Source: Nitrospirota bacterium (lineage in GTDB: Bacteria > Nitrospirota > UBA9217). From it: a DNA stretch of 64,000 bases. The translations under genes were made by a program, and so were the position numbers. Below, in pieces: positions 42,814-53,184 of this stretch. Positions within the stretch are counted from its first letter, which is position 1, and the number at the start of each line of letters is the position of its first letter. Below the pieces are notes generated by a model. That model saw nothing but the letters and a program-made list of their open reading frames with translations. It had not been told where the DNA came from and did no database searches. Location of the stretch: NCBI GenBank assembly GCA_963751455.1, contig CAVVUN010000008.1:192001-256000 (forward strand), read 5' to 3'.

Positions 42814-43152
42814 GATGACGTTAGATCGTCCTATTATCTGGAAGATGTCGCAACTGAATTTCATGTTCAAGGACTCGAACTGGATTGGGCGTGTGTAGCA
42901 TGGGATGCCGATTTTCAATTTTCAGGGAATGGATGGGCAAATTGGTCTTTTAAAGGCAATCGCTGGCAGCGAATTAATAAACCTGAAAGGCAAACATATC
43001 AGAAGAACGCTTATCGAGTTCTTTTGACCCGGGCACGGTAAGGAATGATTATTGTCGTGCCTAGGGGTGATGAAGGCGATCCTACTCGCAATCCGATCTT
43101 CTATGAAGAAACGTTTAATTACTTAAAGGGAATCGGAATTTCAATAATATAA
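42814..43152 (+). pseudogene. C-terminal remnant of a DUF2075 (Schlafen-group helicase-like) gene
   Basis: 'DDVRSSYYLEDVATEFHVQGLELDWACVAWDAD..NAYRVLLTRAR*GMII'; stop at 43039-41; no N-terminal part. Confidence 0.75.
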
Positions 43153-43189
43153 CTCAAGCATCTCGGGGCAGGCGATATGAGGTGGTTAG

Positions 43190-43417
43190 ATGAAGACAGA
43201 CGAAAACGTTAGTGACCTCGTCAAAGAATACCGGGATTTTCTACCTAAAAGAGATATTCAATCTTCTGTGGAACTGCTTGTTACTGAACACGAGTGGTCT
43301 CAACCAGCCGCCGAACATTTATTGTGGCTAGCCGAGAAGTGTGGATCATTTATGCTTCGAAACGCTCTGGCTTTATCTCTGGCGCTCGGTATTGATGATG
43401 GAGAATTAATGTTTTGA
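43190..43417 (+). CDS. Hypothetical 75-aa protein
   Basis: GAGGTG RBS; 'GSFMLRNALALSLALGIDDG'. Confidence 0.65.
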   Translation: MKTDENVSDLVKEYRDFLPKRDIQSSVELLVTEHEWSQPAAEHLLWLAEKCGSFMLRNALALSLALGIDDGELMF

Positions 43418-43465
43418 CAAAAAATAAGACGCGGGGCCTTTAAAAACCGACAGGGGGAGACCCGT

Positions 43466-43882
43466 TTAGCCAACCGCAATGTATTTGAAATCGAAAACTT
43501 CGCGGATGAGCTTGAAGTCCTTTTCGTTCCTGGTAACAACGACAGCTCCTGTGCCTCGTGCAGACACTGCGATCAACGTATCTGCAAGAAGCCCCTTTAT
43601 CCGCTCCGGATCGATCTTTTTGTCCCTTCTCAGCTTCATCATGATCTCGCCGCACAGATACCATTGATGTTCGGTCGCGGTAATGATCGTAAAGTTGCGG
43701 GCAATCTGGTCGATCAGCTTTCGCTCCCTTGGATCAAAGGCTCCGGCAAGCAGCTCCATGAGGACCACGGAGCTGAAGGCGATATGGTAATATCGATTCA
43801 GGTTCAGGAACGCTTCCTGAACCGTTTCTTTTCGGAAATGTTCTATAAGGAAGGAAGTGTCGGGAACAGCTCTCGGCTTCAC
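43466..43882 (-). CDS. vapC: PIN-domain (VapC-like) toxin
   Basis: 'PDTSFLI', 'VLMEL', 'ADTLIA', 'TRNEKDF'. Confidence 0.85.
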   Translation of the reverse strand: MKPRAVPDTSFLIEHFRKETVQEAFLNLNRYYHIAFSSVVLMELLAGAFDPRERKLIDQIARNFTIITATEHQWYLCGEIMMKLRRDKKIDPERIKGLLADTLIAVSARGTGAVVVTRNEKDFKLIREVFDFKYIAVG

Positions 43883-44076
43883 GAAAGGCCCTCGAACCTG
43901 AATTTACCCGCCGTCTGCTCGATGAACTTCCGCATCTTTTCCTGATAAATGACTTCTGAAAGCGCTGTTTCAATAGCCTCGGTTTCTGTCTTGGCTCTCA
44001 GGATCTTCTGTGCATTCCGGATCATGGTTTTATCCAGCCGGAAATGCTTGGCGGTCTTTTTTGTTGCTGTCTGCAT
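43879..44076 (-). CDS. vapB: VapB-like ribbon-helix-helix antitoxin
   Basis: 'KHFRLD..AQKILRAKTETEAIETAL'; AAGGAGG RBS; upstream palindrome TGTATATACA. Confidence 0.8.
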   Translation of the reverse strand: MQTATKKTAKHFRLDKTMIRNAQKILRAKTETEAIETALSEVIYQEKMRKFIEQTAGKFRFEGLS

Positions 44077-44430
44077 GGCCCCTCCTTGTTAATTGTATAT
44101 ACATTATATCATTGCGTGGCTACAAGTCAAGGAGTTTGATTCTGAACAACTTTGGGGGACATTGTGTTCCGAGTAGAATTTCTTTTGCCCGTTTCGGCCC
44201 GATAACTTTTGCTGCTTCTTCGAGAATATCCTCTGTCTCGTATGTTGCTGTCCCGCGCCGCTTGGCTTCGGAAAATACATCCTCATCATCGGCCGCGAGC
44301 ACCAGGAGCATCTTAGAGCATCTTAGGGACAGGTCTTGCGGCTTGACAAATATCTTCTTCCGCTCACTTCAACGGCTTAACGACGTGGTGTCTCCAATAT
44401 CATTTAAGCCTCGGACAACTTCATCAATAT

Positions 44431-45461
44431 TTAGCCTGTCGTCATATGCTGCCTGAATTCCTTCCGCGCTTTTGCAGATTCCTTGCACTTTTTCACTTTG
44501 GTCAACTTAACGCCGAGCAGCGAAAGCACGGGCTGCAGGATAACTGAGGCTTCATCGCTTTCAACCATAACTTCTCGAGGGCAGACCTTATTTTTCTCAA
44601 CCGCACTCAATAAATACTCCGGGAGCTGACTCTGGTAAGAATGCGGCGGAGCGATCTGGCTATCAAGTATAAGTCCCGATCCGGTATCGATTATCATCAG
44701 AAATATCGGATAAAAGGGCCTTCCCGATTCTTTCACCGGCATGTTCTCCAGAGAGCATACGAGAATTCCCAGATCCCCGACTTTTTCGCGTTGGATGTCA
44801 ATCGCATCACGCGACTTTCATCGATTGCACAACGCTCAATCGGATTGGGCTGAATCGGGTCGGGTTTGAGCCACTCGTCGGTCCATTGGTTCTTTTCGTC
44901 TCCGGGCTTCTTAACGCGAACAAGATAGTGGCCCGGGGTGCGGGATTTGAGAATATCCATGCTCTCTTTGCATCGCACGCAAACATTCATGGCCTGATCG
45001 AGGACAAGACAGAGAAAATCGACGTCCCCCGCGCTGAGAAACCAAGGGAAGTATCCGGGAGTCAAATTGCGAAAACACGGATATGCTTTCGTCCCGTGAA
45101 ACGTCAGGGCTAACGCGTTTATGACGGACAGATCTTCCTGTTCCAGCACGCTTTTATCATTGAAGGTAACGCTGAGGCATTTCTGCGCCAGGAAGTCGTC
45201 GAATGCATCCGATGAGGAATTTCCTCTCAAAAGGCGCTGATAGCTGGAAAACCCCTCAGTCCCTTGATATACGATTATTCCCAATTGCTGCCCGAGATTT
45301 CCGATGATGCAGCAGTAGCCGATCTCGCCTGTTGCAGGATTTTGTACGCCTAATACCTCTTCGTCTGTCATCCATTGCCAGCACGCGAGTTTTCGGAACT
45401 TGGTTGATAAATTATAGAGTGATTTCCATTGTTCAATCGTCGGTTCTGTTGTTTGAGACAT
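44431..45461 (-). pseudogene. Conserved hypothetical gene split by a frameshift near 44745
   Basis: ORFs 44733-45461 and 44431-44742 overlap; combined span is 3n+2. Confidence 0.6.
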
Positions 45462-45480
45462 CGGCTCACCTCATCACCAT

Positions 45481-46683
45481 TTATGTATGCTTAAGAAAAA
45501 GATTTCGGACCTTATTGGCTCCGATCAATTCCTTCAGCAGCGTATAATTCTTTTTCTCGTACCTGATGCGTCCCGCCGGAATCGCGGGACTGATCCTCAG
45601 CTCCTCGGCAAATGCCCGCACCGCCTGCGCTGAATAGCGGCGGGAAAGCCCGGCCCTAATCCATTGCTTGGACGGTATGAGCGCTTCCGACGCGAGCTTG
45701 TCCGCTTCCTTCTCAACCCTCTCTGTTCCGGCTTGCGAGAAATCGTCAAAAAAAATGTCCAGGGCGTTTTTATCCAGGTGAAGGGCGATGTGGGCCAGTT
45801 CATGGCAGAGCGTGAACCAGAAGTGGTCCAACCGGTCGTAGCGCAGCGTCAGCGCGACCAAGGGGGACCCGTCGGAAAGTTTTATCGCGGCCCCATCCAG
45901 AAACGTCTTCGGCAGATGAAGTTCCACAAGAAAATGAATTCCGTTTTTGTTCAGGAATTCTTTGGCAAGCTTCGGGCCGGCATCAAGGTAACTCAGCCGG
46001 ACCAACTCGCGCAGAAAATCAGGGGTGATCGAGCCCGGCCGATACGGAGGCAAGGATTCCCGCATCGCAAGGGTGGAAACACGGATGCGCCAGGCGGCCA
46101 GCGCGTACGGGTCCATGTTACCGCCGCTCCGGACGTGCTGCCGGTTCAAGGCGGGCTGCAAGGCTTCAACCCCGATCGGTCCGACAAATGACGCGAGAAG
46201 ATCCTCCAGCTGTTCTTTTGCATCGGCCAAGGTCCCGTTAAAGCCGGGGAACCACCCCCGCTTGAGCATCTGCGCAATCGGAAAACGCTGCCCTTGCAAG
46301 GCCGGAGAGTTCGGGTCAAGCTTCGCTCCCGGCTTTCGAAGCATGACTTCCGCCGGAATGCCGAGACCCTCGACGAGACCTCGGATCATGCTCAGGCTGA
46401 GACTTCGCCGGCCGGAAAGAACTTCCGATACCTTGCTCGGACTCCCTATGTACGGCACCAGGTCTTTCGGCTTCAGTCCCTGCTGCTCCATTCGAAAGCG
46501 TATCGCGGTCAAAGGGTCGGGCAACTCGACGGGGAACGCCTTGCTCTCGTAAAGCTCCACCAGGGTTGAGAGCAGCTCCAGTTCATCACCTTCCGGCGTG
46601 CCGGGTGCAGCCTCGAAAATCTCGTCGATGCGCGACATGGCTGCTTTATAGTCTTTTTTGGTCTTGATGATCTTCGGTTTCAT
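45481..46683 (-). CDS. higA: HigA-type HTH antitoxin fused to an ImmA/IrrE (M78) metallopeptidase
   Basis: 'PDPLTAIRFRMEQQGL..SEVLSGRRSLS', 'FWFTLCHELAH', 'EKEAD'. Confidence 0.9.
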   Translation of the reverse strand: MKPKIIKTKKDYKAAMSRIDEIFEAAPGTPEGDELELLSTLVELYESKAFPVELPDPLTAIRFRMEQQGLKPKDLVPYIGSPSKVSEVLSGRRSLSLSMIRGLVEGLGIPAEVMLRKPGAKLDPNSPALQGQRFPIAQMLKRGWFPGFNGTLADAKEQLEDLLASFVGPIGVEALQPALNRQHVRSGGNMDPYALAAWRIRVSTLAMRESLPPYRPGSITPDFLRELVRLSYLDAGPKLAKEFLNKNGIHFLVELHLPKTFLDGAAIKLSDGSPLVALTLRYDRLDHFWFTLCHELAHIALHLDKNALDIFFDDFSQAGTERVEKEADKLASEALIPSKQWIRAGLSRRYSAQAVRAFAEELRISPAIPAGRIRYEKKNYTLLKELIGANKVRNLFLKHT

Positions 46684-47016
46684 CAGATGGTCTCCGCGTC
46701 GATTTTATCGTATTCCTTATGCGTCCCCACGAAGCGGATATAAATTATGGCGTACTGATAGTGGACCCGGACGATTAAACGATACTTAGTGGAGCCCCCC
46801 GGCGGGAGCCGGGGGATGCCAAGGCGCGGGATTGCCGCTGATATTGAATACGACGCGGCCGGCTTTCAGAATACCGGCATCTTTGTATTTGGCTTTGATA
46901 TCGGCCGGTGTCTTCCACGCGGCATTCTTCGCTTCAGCATACCACGCCCGTAATTCTCCCTCAGCCGCAGGCTTCAGCCAGTAGTCCTTCAAACTTTTAA
47001 GAGAGATGACACGCAT
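46683..47016 (-). pseudogene. higB: HigB toxin interrupted by a 43-bp insertion
   Basis: Removing 46789-46831 restores 96 aa: '...VVFNISGN|[34 protein letters not shown]', stop overlapping the higA ATG. Confidence 0.92.
46789..46831. mobile_element. 43-bp single-hairpin mini-element inside higB
   Basis: GTGGAGCCCCCCGGCGGGAGCCGGGGGATGCCAAGGCGCGGGA; no TSD. Confidence 0.85.
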
Positions 47017-47316
47017 ACAATACCCAATACCACTTTCACCAAACGTAAGTCAAGCAAATGTTCCCTTTTTGGGAATAATCAAAAGCAGGATAAAGCGAGG
47101 TCCAACAGGGCACTGACGGGTCGTCATGATGGAAATTGGCCTTATTTCATAAAGCGAGAATACTATCTTTATATGAAGGGGGAAAGGGGAAAGTTTTGAA
47201 AACCTAACCCGGATAAACCGGAAAAGCTGTCTCCCGCAAAGCCGCAAAGCACGCAAAGAAAACTTTTATGAGGTTACGCCTCAGACCAATAAAGCAAAAG
47301 TAAAACCTTAAAACGA

Positions 47317-47394
47317 TCTCACACGAAGCCACTAAGACACGGAGAAAGACAAAAAATTCAGTTTTCTTCTTTGTGGCTTCGTGGCTTTGTGTGA
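47317..47394. repeat. REP-like inverted repeat (CACACGAAGCCACTAAG family)
   Basis: TCACACGAAGCCACTAAGACAC ... GTGGCTTCGTGGCTTTGTGTGA; second copy near 48695-48835. Confidence 0.6.
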
Positions 47395-47809
47395 AAATTG
47401 GGTTTTGGTTTTGACTCGACTAAAAACTCAAGATGTTGGTTGTAAAGTAGCTTTAAGTCTGGTTTTAAACCGGCGATTTGGCCTTCCTTTGCGAGCGCAA
47501 TATAATCCTGTTTTTGCATTAAATTCTTTTTATAGATCGACAATCTTTTGTCGATGTTATAGGCGTAAGCGCCTAATGGCTTACGGAGTGACGACAAGAG
47601 ACGACCGAAATCGACGAGAGGCGACAAGTGAGGAGTCGTTACAGCCATCAATTACGGGACGTAATCTGTGGCGTCGGCTATGGATTCCTCTTTGCAGACT
47701 ACAGGAAGAAGTCATGACGCGCTGGCGTAGCTGTGGCTTATGGGGGAGTGAGATGTTACAAAGGCATCGTTACAAGTCAGCCCGCGCGGCGCCACTATCG
47801 CTGTCAAAA

Positions 47810-48580
47810 TTATATCTCGAACTCCGCCACAACAACTGTATGGTCCGACGGTTTATCCAGAAGCCGTGGCGCAATATCTATCCATGCCCGTGTTGATTTG
47901 CCTGCCAGAGACCCGGTTGCCCATATATGGTCGAGCCTCCATCCCAAATTTTTCCTGACCGCATTTCTGATCTGATAGTCCCAGAAGGAGTATTGCCCAG
48001 GCTCGGGATGATGCAATCTGAAGACATCAACCAAACCCCAGTCCCGTAGCGTTCCCAGGACCGCCTGCTCGTCAGGATGAAAGCAGACGTGGCCGTACAG
48101 GAATTCCGGGTCGTAGACGTCCCTTGGTTCAGGCGCTATGTTGAAATCTCCGGTCCAGATGAGCGGCCTGTCGGGACGGAAATATTGTTTGAAGTAATCA
48201 AGAAGCCTCTGGAGCCAGTCGAGCTTTTCTCTGAACTGGTCGGAAAGAGGGCTGAAGCCCTGGGGCACATAGGTATTCACTATGGGGATATTGTTTATTA
48301 AGGCTGTGATTATGCGCGTTCCCTCTGATTCGTGTTCATCAAAGCCTATCCTGGCATTTTCGATCGGCAACTTGCTCAAAATGGCGACTCCGTTATATGA
48401 CTTTTCTCCCCGGCAAATTGAATAGTAGTTTATTTCTTCAAATGCCTTCTTCGGAAAAATCTCATCCAGCGCCTTTGTCTCCTGGATGCAGAGGACATCG
48501 GGTGATTCCTTCTTCAACCAGTCCAGGACTATGTTAAGCCTCGCTCTTATGGAATTGACGTTAAAGCTCGCAATTTTCAT
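47810..48580 (-). CDS. xth: Exodeoxyribonuclease III
   Basis: 'SFNVNSIRAR', 'CIQETK', 'YNGVA', 'GDFN', 'RLDH', 'SDH'. Confidence 0.95.
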   Translation of the reverse strand: MKIASFNVNSIRARLNIVLDWLKKESPDVLCIQETKALDEIFPKKAFEEINYYSICRGEKSYNGVAILSKLPIENARIGFDEHESEGTRIITALINNIPIVNTYVPQGFSPLSDQFREKLDWLQRLLDYFKQYFRPDRPLIWTGDFNIAPEPRDVYDPEFLYGHVCFHPDEQAVLGTLRDWGLVDVFRLHHPEPGQYSFWDYQIRNAVRKNLGWRLDHIWATGSLAGKSTRAWIDIAPRLLDKPSDHTVVVAEFEI

Positions 48581-48999
48581 CTGGAAATGCCTTTCTCCAA
48601 AACTCCTCCCTCTTGATGGGGAGGAATTCAAAGGTGGGGGAAGCCGGAATCTTTAATTTTTAGTCAACTTGAGACAAAAATCAAAACCCGACTATCACAC
48701 GAAGCCACTAAGCCACAAAGGAAGGCTTGGATCTGATATGATGCATTCGTAAAAAGAAGGGTTCGGGGTGACATATTCGGATTTCTTACGTGATTATCAA
48801 TATTTAAATCACGCATTTCTTCGTGTCTTCGTGCCTCCGCCTGCGCCCAGTGTTTATGAGGCCCTTGATTCCCGTCTCCGATTCTCAGCGAGATGGTACG
48901 ACAATGAGTCTAAGTATTGCAACAGCGCGAATACAGGGTGTGTGAGACTGCTTTTGATTCTGATGTTGCTTGTCGGTCTGAGGCATCGCCTCAAATTGT

Positions 49000-49875
49000 T
49001 TACCCTGCAGGAGCGCACTGCTCTCGCCCCGGAGCCGCCCTCACCACCAGCACGCCGCAGCTTGCATGACCAATGACTTTTTCCGTTGAGCTCCCCATCA
49101 GGAGTTTTTTGAGGCCCGTTTTTCCGTACGTTCCCATAACGATCAGATCAACGCCCCGGCCCCCTGCTGTCTCAACGATAGCATTGTGAGACCTGCCGAT
49201 TGGAGTCAATGCTTCTACAGGTATGCCCTCCTTTTGCGCCATTTCAACAACTTGGTCGACATTTGCTCTTGCTTCCGGCAATTCCTGTTCGGAATGTACT
49301 GAGGAGAGCGCAATAATACTGCTTCCGCACCGTTTTGCGATCCCGATTGCCTCCGATGCCGCAGCAGCGCTGTGGCTTGACCCGTCCGTTGCAACCAGGA
49401 TGTTCCTGCATTCAATTTTTGCGGCCCGTGGAACAACAAGGACCTTGCAAGGCGCATGACTGATGACTCTTGCGGCCACACTCCCCATCAACACCTTCAT
49501 CAATCCGCTTCGGCCGCGTCTGCCGATAATTATCATGTCGGCCTTTCTATCAGCGGCCTCATCGACAATAGCCTGGCAAGGCTCTTCCTTGTAATCAAGG
49601 ATACTTTTACAAGTGGAAATGCCCTGTTGGGATGCCCTTGCTTTCACGGACTCAAGGTATTTTGTTGCTTCTTCCTCCTCTTTCTGATAAGCACTGGCCC
49701 CAATGGTCTCGTATTCGGGGTTTGTTTCAAGGACCGACATCACATAGAGTCTGCTTGAACATTTCTTTGAAAAATTTATTGCCTCCCGTACGGCCCCTTC
49801 GCTGAATCCGGAACGATCTGTTGCTAAAAGCAGGTTATCCAGTTTCGACAAAGGACAATATTGTGCAGAATTCAT
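49000..49875 (-). CDS. Tandem universal stress protein
   Basis: Two USP domains: 'GRRGRSG..MGSVA', 'GTYGKTG..MGSST'. Confidence 0.92.
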   Translation of the reverse strand: MNSAQYCPLSKLDNLLLATDRSGFSEGAVREAINFSKKCSSRLYVMSVLETNPEYETIGASAYQKEEEEATKYLESVKARASQQGISTCKSILDYKEEPCQAIVDEAADRKADMIIIGRRGRSGLMKVLMGSVAARVISHAPCKVLVVPRAAKIECRNILVATDGSSHSAAAASEAIGIAKRCGSSIIALSSVHSEQELPEARANVDQVVEMAQKEGIPVEALTPIGRSHNAIVETAGGRGVDLIVMGTYGKTGLKKLLMGSSTEKVIGHASCGVLVVRAAPGREQCAPAG

Positions 49876-49934
49876 GATGGCACCTCCGTAGAACGTCCTG
49901 GGAAAACTCGACTTTCAGTATTCGCGGCGTTTTA

Positions 49935-49979
49935 GTGGAGCCCCCTCCGGCAGGAGCCGGAGGATTGCAAGTCGCGGGA
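49935..49979. mobile_element. 45-bp single-hairpin mini-element
   Basis: GTGGAGCCCCCTCCGGCAGGAGCCGGAGGATTGCAAGTCGCGGGA. Confidence 0.75.
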
Positions 49980-50156
49980 TTCACTCCTTAATTATAACTT
50001 AGCACTTGCTCGCTAATAACGAGACTCTATAATAATTTAGTACTACCTGAGCATCGGCCTTTGGACAGGCGCTTTTTTGCGGCTTCGGCAGCTCGTCAGA
50101 GGTGCGCAGTATTTTTTCCCGTTGCACAACGTTATTTACTTATGATAGTGTAAAGC

Positions 50157-51731
50157 ATGTCGTTGCAGAAAAAAATAGCCCTCAGTTTTCTGATCAGTTC
50201 TGCCATCATCGCACTCCTGGCTGCTTTTGATTTCCTGAGCTTCAGGGAAATCAAGAAGGAAATCCTCTACCTCGAGATCACGGACACGATCAGCCGGAAA
50301 TCGCTTCAGCTGCGGCGGCACGAAAAGAACTATTTTCTCTATGGTGCCGAAAAGGCCGGGGAAGAAGCCTCCGCCGTACGCTCCTATCTTGTGGAACTAC
50401 AGACGCTCCTTTTGCAGAACCCGAATATTGACCAGACCGACAAACTGCAACTTCGGAGCAGCATCGTTGATTATGAGCGCCGCTTCGGTAACATACAGAT
50501 TGAGGCTATGCGCCTTGCTGCCCTGTTCCAAAAAGTAAAGAAGTCAGATCCGAACAATGCAAAATATTTTGCCGTTGTGGAGTCGACCTTCCTCGAAAGG
50601 CCGTCCCAATCTGCGGATTTCCTGGAGCGCATCTTTTTTCTGCCCCATAATCACGCCCTGGTTGGAGGGCTCCGAAAACTCGATGGAGACATTACCGCTC
50701 TGAGAAAAACCGGCGAGGACATACTGGTCATTTCAAAGGACCTTGACAAGATAGCACGTGAAAAGGCGGAGACGGTGATCCGGGTCTCGCAAACAGCGAT
50801 CCTGATAATATTTCCGCTGTTTTTTGTCATCGGCATCGGATCGCTTTTTTTGATCAGCACCAATATGGCGAAAAGACTCATGCTCCTCATTAAAACGGTC
50901 GAGAAGACAGGGAAGGGGTCGTATCCCCATTTGACTGACACATCCGCCAGGAAAGCGCACGATGAAGTCGGCGTGCTTATCGATAAATTCAACGATATGG
51001 AGGACCAGCTTGCGCTGTGGGAAACGGAGCTCGAGCGCAAGAACAAGGAACTGATGCAGATCAGGAAGCTTGCCGCGATCGGGACCCTCGCATCGGGTGT
51101 GGCCCACGAATTGAATAACCCGCTGAATAATATTTATTTGTCCGCACAGATGCTGTCAAGGGAGGCGGGCGGGGCCTGTTCCAGTGAAGTCAAGGAGGCC
51201 ATAACGGATATCGTCGGCCAGACTGAACGGGTGAAGAGGATCGTGGAAGATCTCCTTGAATTTGCCCGCGGCCGGGAGCCCCAGCTTCGCGAGACGGACC
51301 TTGCGGAGCTGATCAGGAGCGCTTATCGCCGAACGGGCGGCAGCCGAAATACCCAAAAAATCGCGTTCACCCTCAAGTCCCCGCCGGCCCCGCTCATGAT
51401 CCCTCTGGATCAGGGTCAGATGGAGCAGGTATTCAACAACCTGTTTACGAACGCGGTCGATTCGATGGAGGGCCGCGGGGAACTTTCGGTCATTGTAAAA
51501 AAAACAGACGAGGTCGTGGAGATCACCATCTCTGATACGGGTAAGGGCATTCCCGACCAGTCGCTTCACAAGATATTCGAGCCTTTCTTTACCACCAAGG
51601 ACAAGGGCACCGGCCTAGGCCTTGCGATCGTCTATAATATTATCAAAAAACACTATGGCGACATCGGCGTTGAAAGCATCGAAGGAAAGGGCACGACGTT
51701 CAAAATTATGCTTCCTGCAGAGAAGATATGA
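50157..51731 (+). CDS. HAMP sensor histidine kinase
   Basis: 'LQLRRHEKNYFLY', 'GVAHELNNPL', 'GTGLGL'; paralog of 34107-35651. Confidence 0.92.
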   Translation: MSLQKKIALSFLISSAIIALLAAFDFLSFREIKKEILYLEITDTISRKSLQLRRHEKNYFLYGAEKAGEEASAVRSYLVELQTLLLQNPNIDQTDKLQLRSSIVDYERRFGNIQIEAMRLAALFQKVKKSDPNNAKYFAVVESTFLERPSQSADFLERIFFLPHNHALVGGLRKLDGDITALRKTGEDILVISKDLDKIAREKAETVIRVSQTAILIIFPLFFVIGIGSLFLISTNMAKRLMLLIKTVEKTGKGSYPHLTDTSARKAHDEVGVLIDKFNDMEDQLALWETELERKNKELMQIRKLAAIGTLASGVAHELNNPLNNIYLSAQMLSREAGGACSSEVKEAITDIVGQTERVKRIVEDLLEFARGREPQLRETDLAELIRSAYRRTGGSRNTQKIAFTLKSPPAPLMIPLDQGQMEQVFNNLFTNAVDSMEGRGELSVIVKKTDEVVEITISDTGKGIPDQSLHKIFEPFFTTKDKGTGLGLAIVYNIIKKHYGDIGVESIEGKGTTFKIMLPAEKI

Positions 51732-51766
51732 ACAATCGTGTCGCTTAATCCGTCGTGAGGAAATCC

Positions 51767-53098
51767 ATGGCATTCAAAGTTCTTATAGCAGAAGATGAGG
51801 AGATCACGCTGAAGCATCTGGTGAACGCCCTTCAAAAAGAGGGCTATCAGGCAATCGGAACGCGGAACGGCGCTGATGCGCTCGGGGAAATAGATAAGGA
51901 CAACTTCGATCTTTTGATTGCGGACATAAGAATGCCGGGCATGACCGGCATCGAGCTCCTGGAAAAGATTAAGGAGCGGCAGCTCGAGGCTGAAGTAATC
52001 ATCATCACCGGCTACGGCAGCATCGGTTCGGTAGTCACCGCGATGAAAAAAGGGGCCTATGATTATGTGACCAAGCCCTTCAACCTGGACGAACTCCTCA
52101 TCAAGGTCGGGAAGATCCGTGAGCAGAAGGCCCTCAAAAAGGAGAACCTTGCACTCAAGGCGTTTGCCGGCTTGGACAGGAAAGTCCGGATCATTGCCAA
52201 AAGCGAACCCATGAATAATATCCTTTCGGTCATTGAAGGGATGAAGGACGCCGACTGCAACGTGCTCCTGACCGGGGAAACCGGCGTAGGCAAGAGTCTC
52301 CTGGCGAAGATCATTCACTTTACAAGCCGCCGGCAGGAGCGGCCTTTCTTATCGATCAATTGCGCCACCCTTACCGAAGAGCTGCTGGCCAGCGAACTGT
52401 TCGGACATGAAAAGGGCGCCTTCACCGGCGCCGTAAAGACCAAGCAAGGCCTGGTGGAGATAGCGGATACGGGCACACTGTTTCTGGACGAAATCGCGGA
52501 TATGGCGCCCAATCTGCAAGCCAAGCTGCTCAAGGTGATCGAGGAAGGGGAATTTTACCGGGTCGGCGGAACAAGACCGATTAATGTAGACGTGCGTTTT
52601 CTTGCAGCGACGAACCAGAATGTGCGGACCGTCGTTGCAGAAGGGAGGTTCCGGGAGGACCTCTATTACCGCTTGAACATCATGGAGATATTCATCCCGC
52701 CCCTCCGTGACAGGCGCGACGACATCATTCCGCTCTGCAATTATTTTCTCGAGAAGCACCTCCCGAAGTCGCACAAGAAGATCACCGGGTTTACGAAAGA
52801 TGCCGTGCAGGTTTTAATGCATTACAGCTTCCCGGGAAACGTCCGGGAGCTTGAGAACATCATTGAGCGCGCAATCATCATAGAAAAAGGACCGCTCATA
52901 ACGCCCGAAAGCCTGCCCCAGACGATCAAGATGTTCCAGATAGAGACGATCGAGCCGGACAGGGTGAAGACCATCGACGAACTGAACAGGGAGTATGCCG
53001 AGAAGGTCGTCGACCTGTTCGGGGGAAATAAATCCAAGGCAGCCGAGGTTCTCGGCATATCCAGGACCAGCCTCTGGAGGATTCTGAAAGAGGAATAA
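51767..53098 (+). CDS. sigma54-dependent response regulator
   Basis: REC, 'GETGVGKS', 'GAFTGA', HTH. Confidence 0.92.
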   Translation: MAFKVLIAEDEEITLKHLVNALQKEGYQAIGTRNGADALGEIDKDNFDLLIADIRMPGMTGIELLEKIKERQLEAEVIIITGYGSIGSVVTAMKKGAYDYVTKPFNLDELLIKVGKIREQKALKKENLALKAFAGLDRKVRIIAKSEPMNNILSVIEGMKDADCNVLLTGETGVGKSLLAKIIHFTSRRQERPFLSINCATLTEELLASELFGHEKGAFTGAVKTKQGLVEIADTGTLFLDEIADMAPNLQAKLLKVIEEGEFYRVGGTRPINVDVRFLAATNQNVRTVVAEGRFREDLYYRLNIMEIFIPPLRDRRDDIIPLCNYFLEKHLPKSHKKITGFTKDAVQVLMHYSFPGNVRELENIIERAIIIEKGPLITPESLPQTIKMFQIETIEPDRVKTIDELNREYAEKVVDLFGGNKSKAAEVLGISRTSLWRILKEE

Positions 53099-53184
53099 AA
53101 CTCTTTTACCACAGAGTCACCGAGGACATTTTACGAATGTTTTTTTTCGCCGTCACGCAAGCTTCCTAATTTTTGGGTAGTGTC

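Noticed and set aside
44120-44311. 63-aa ORF as a functional gene
   Set aside because: No clear start context; probably a fragment within the decaying island.
47358-47975. ORFs 47381-47896, 47358-47651 and 47733-47975
   Set aside because: No RBS or recognisable motifs; they overlap repeats and the xth 3' end.
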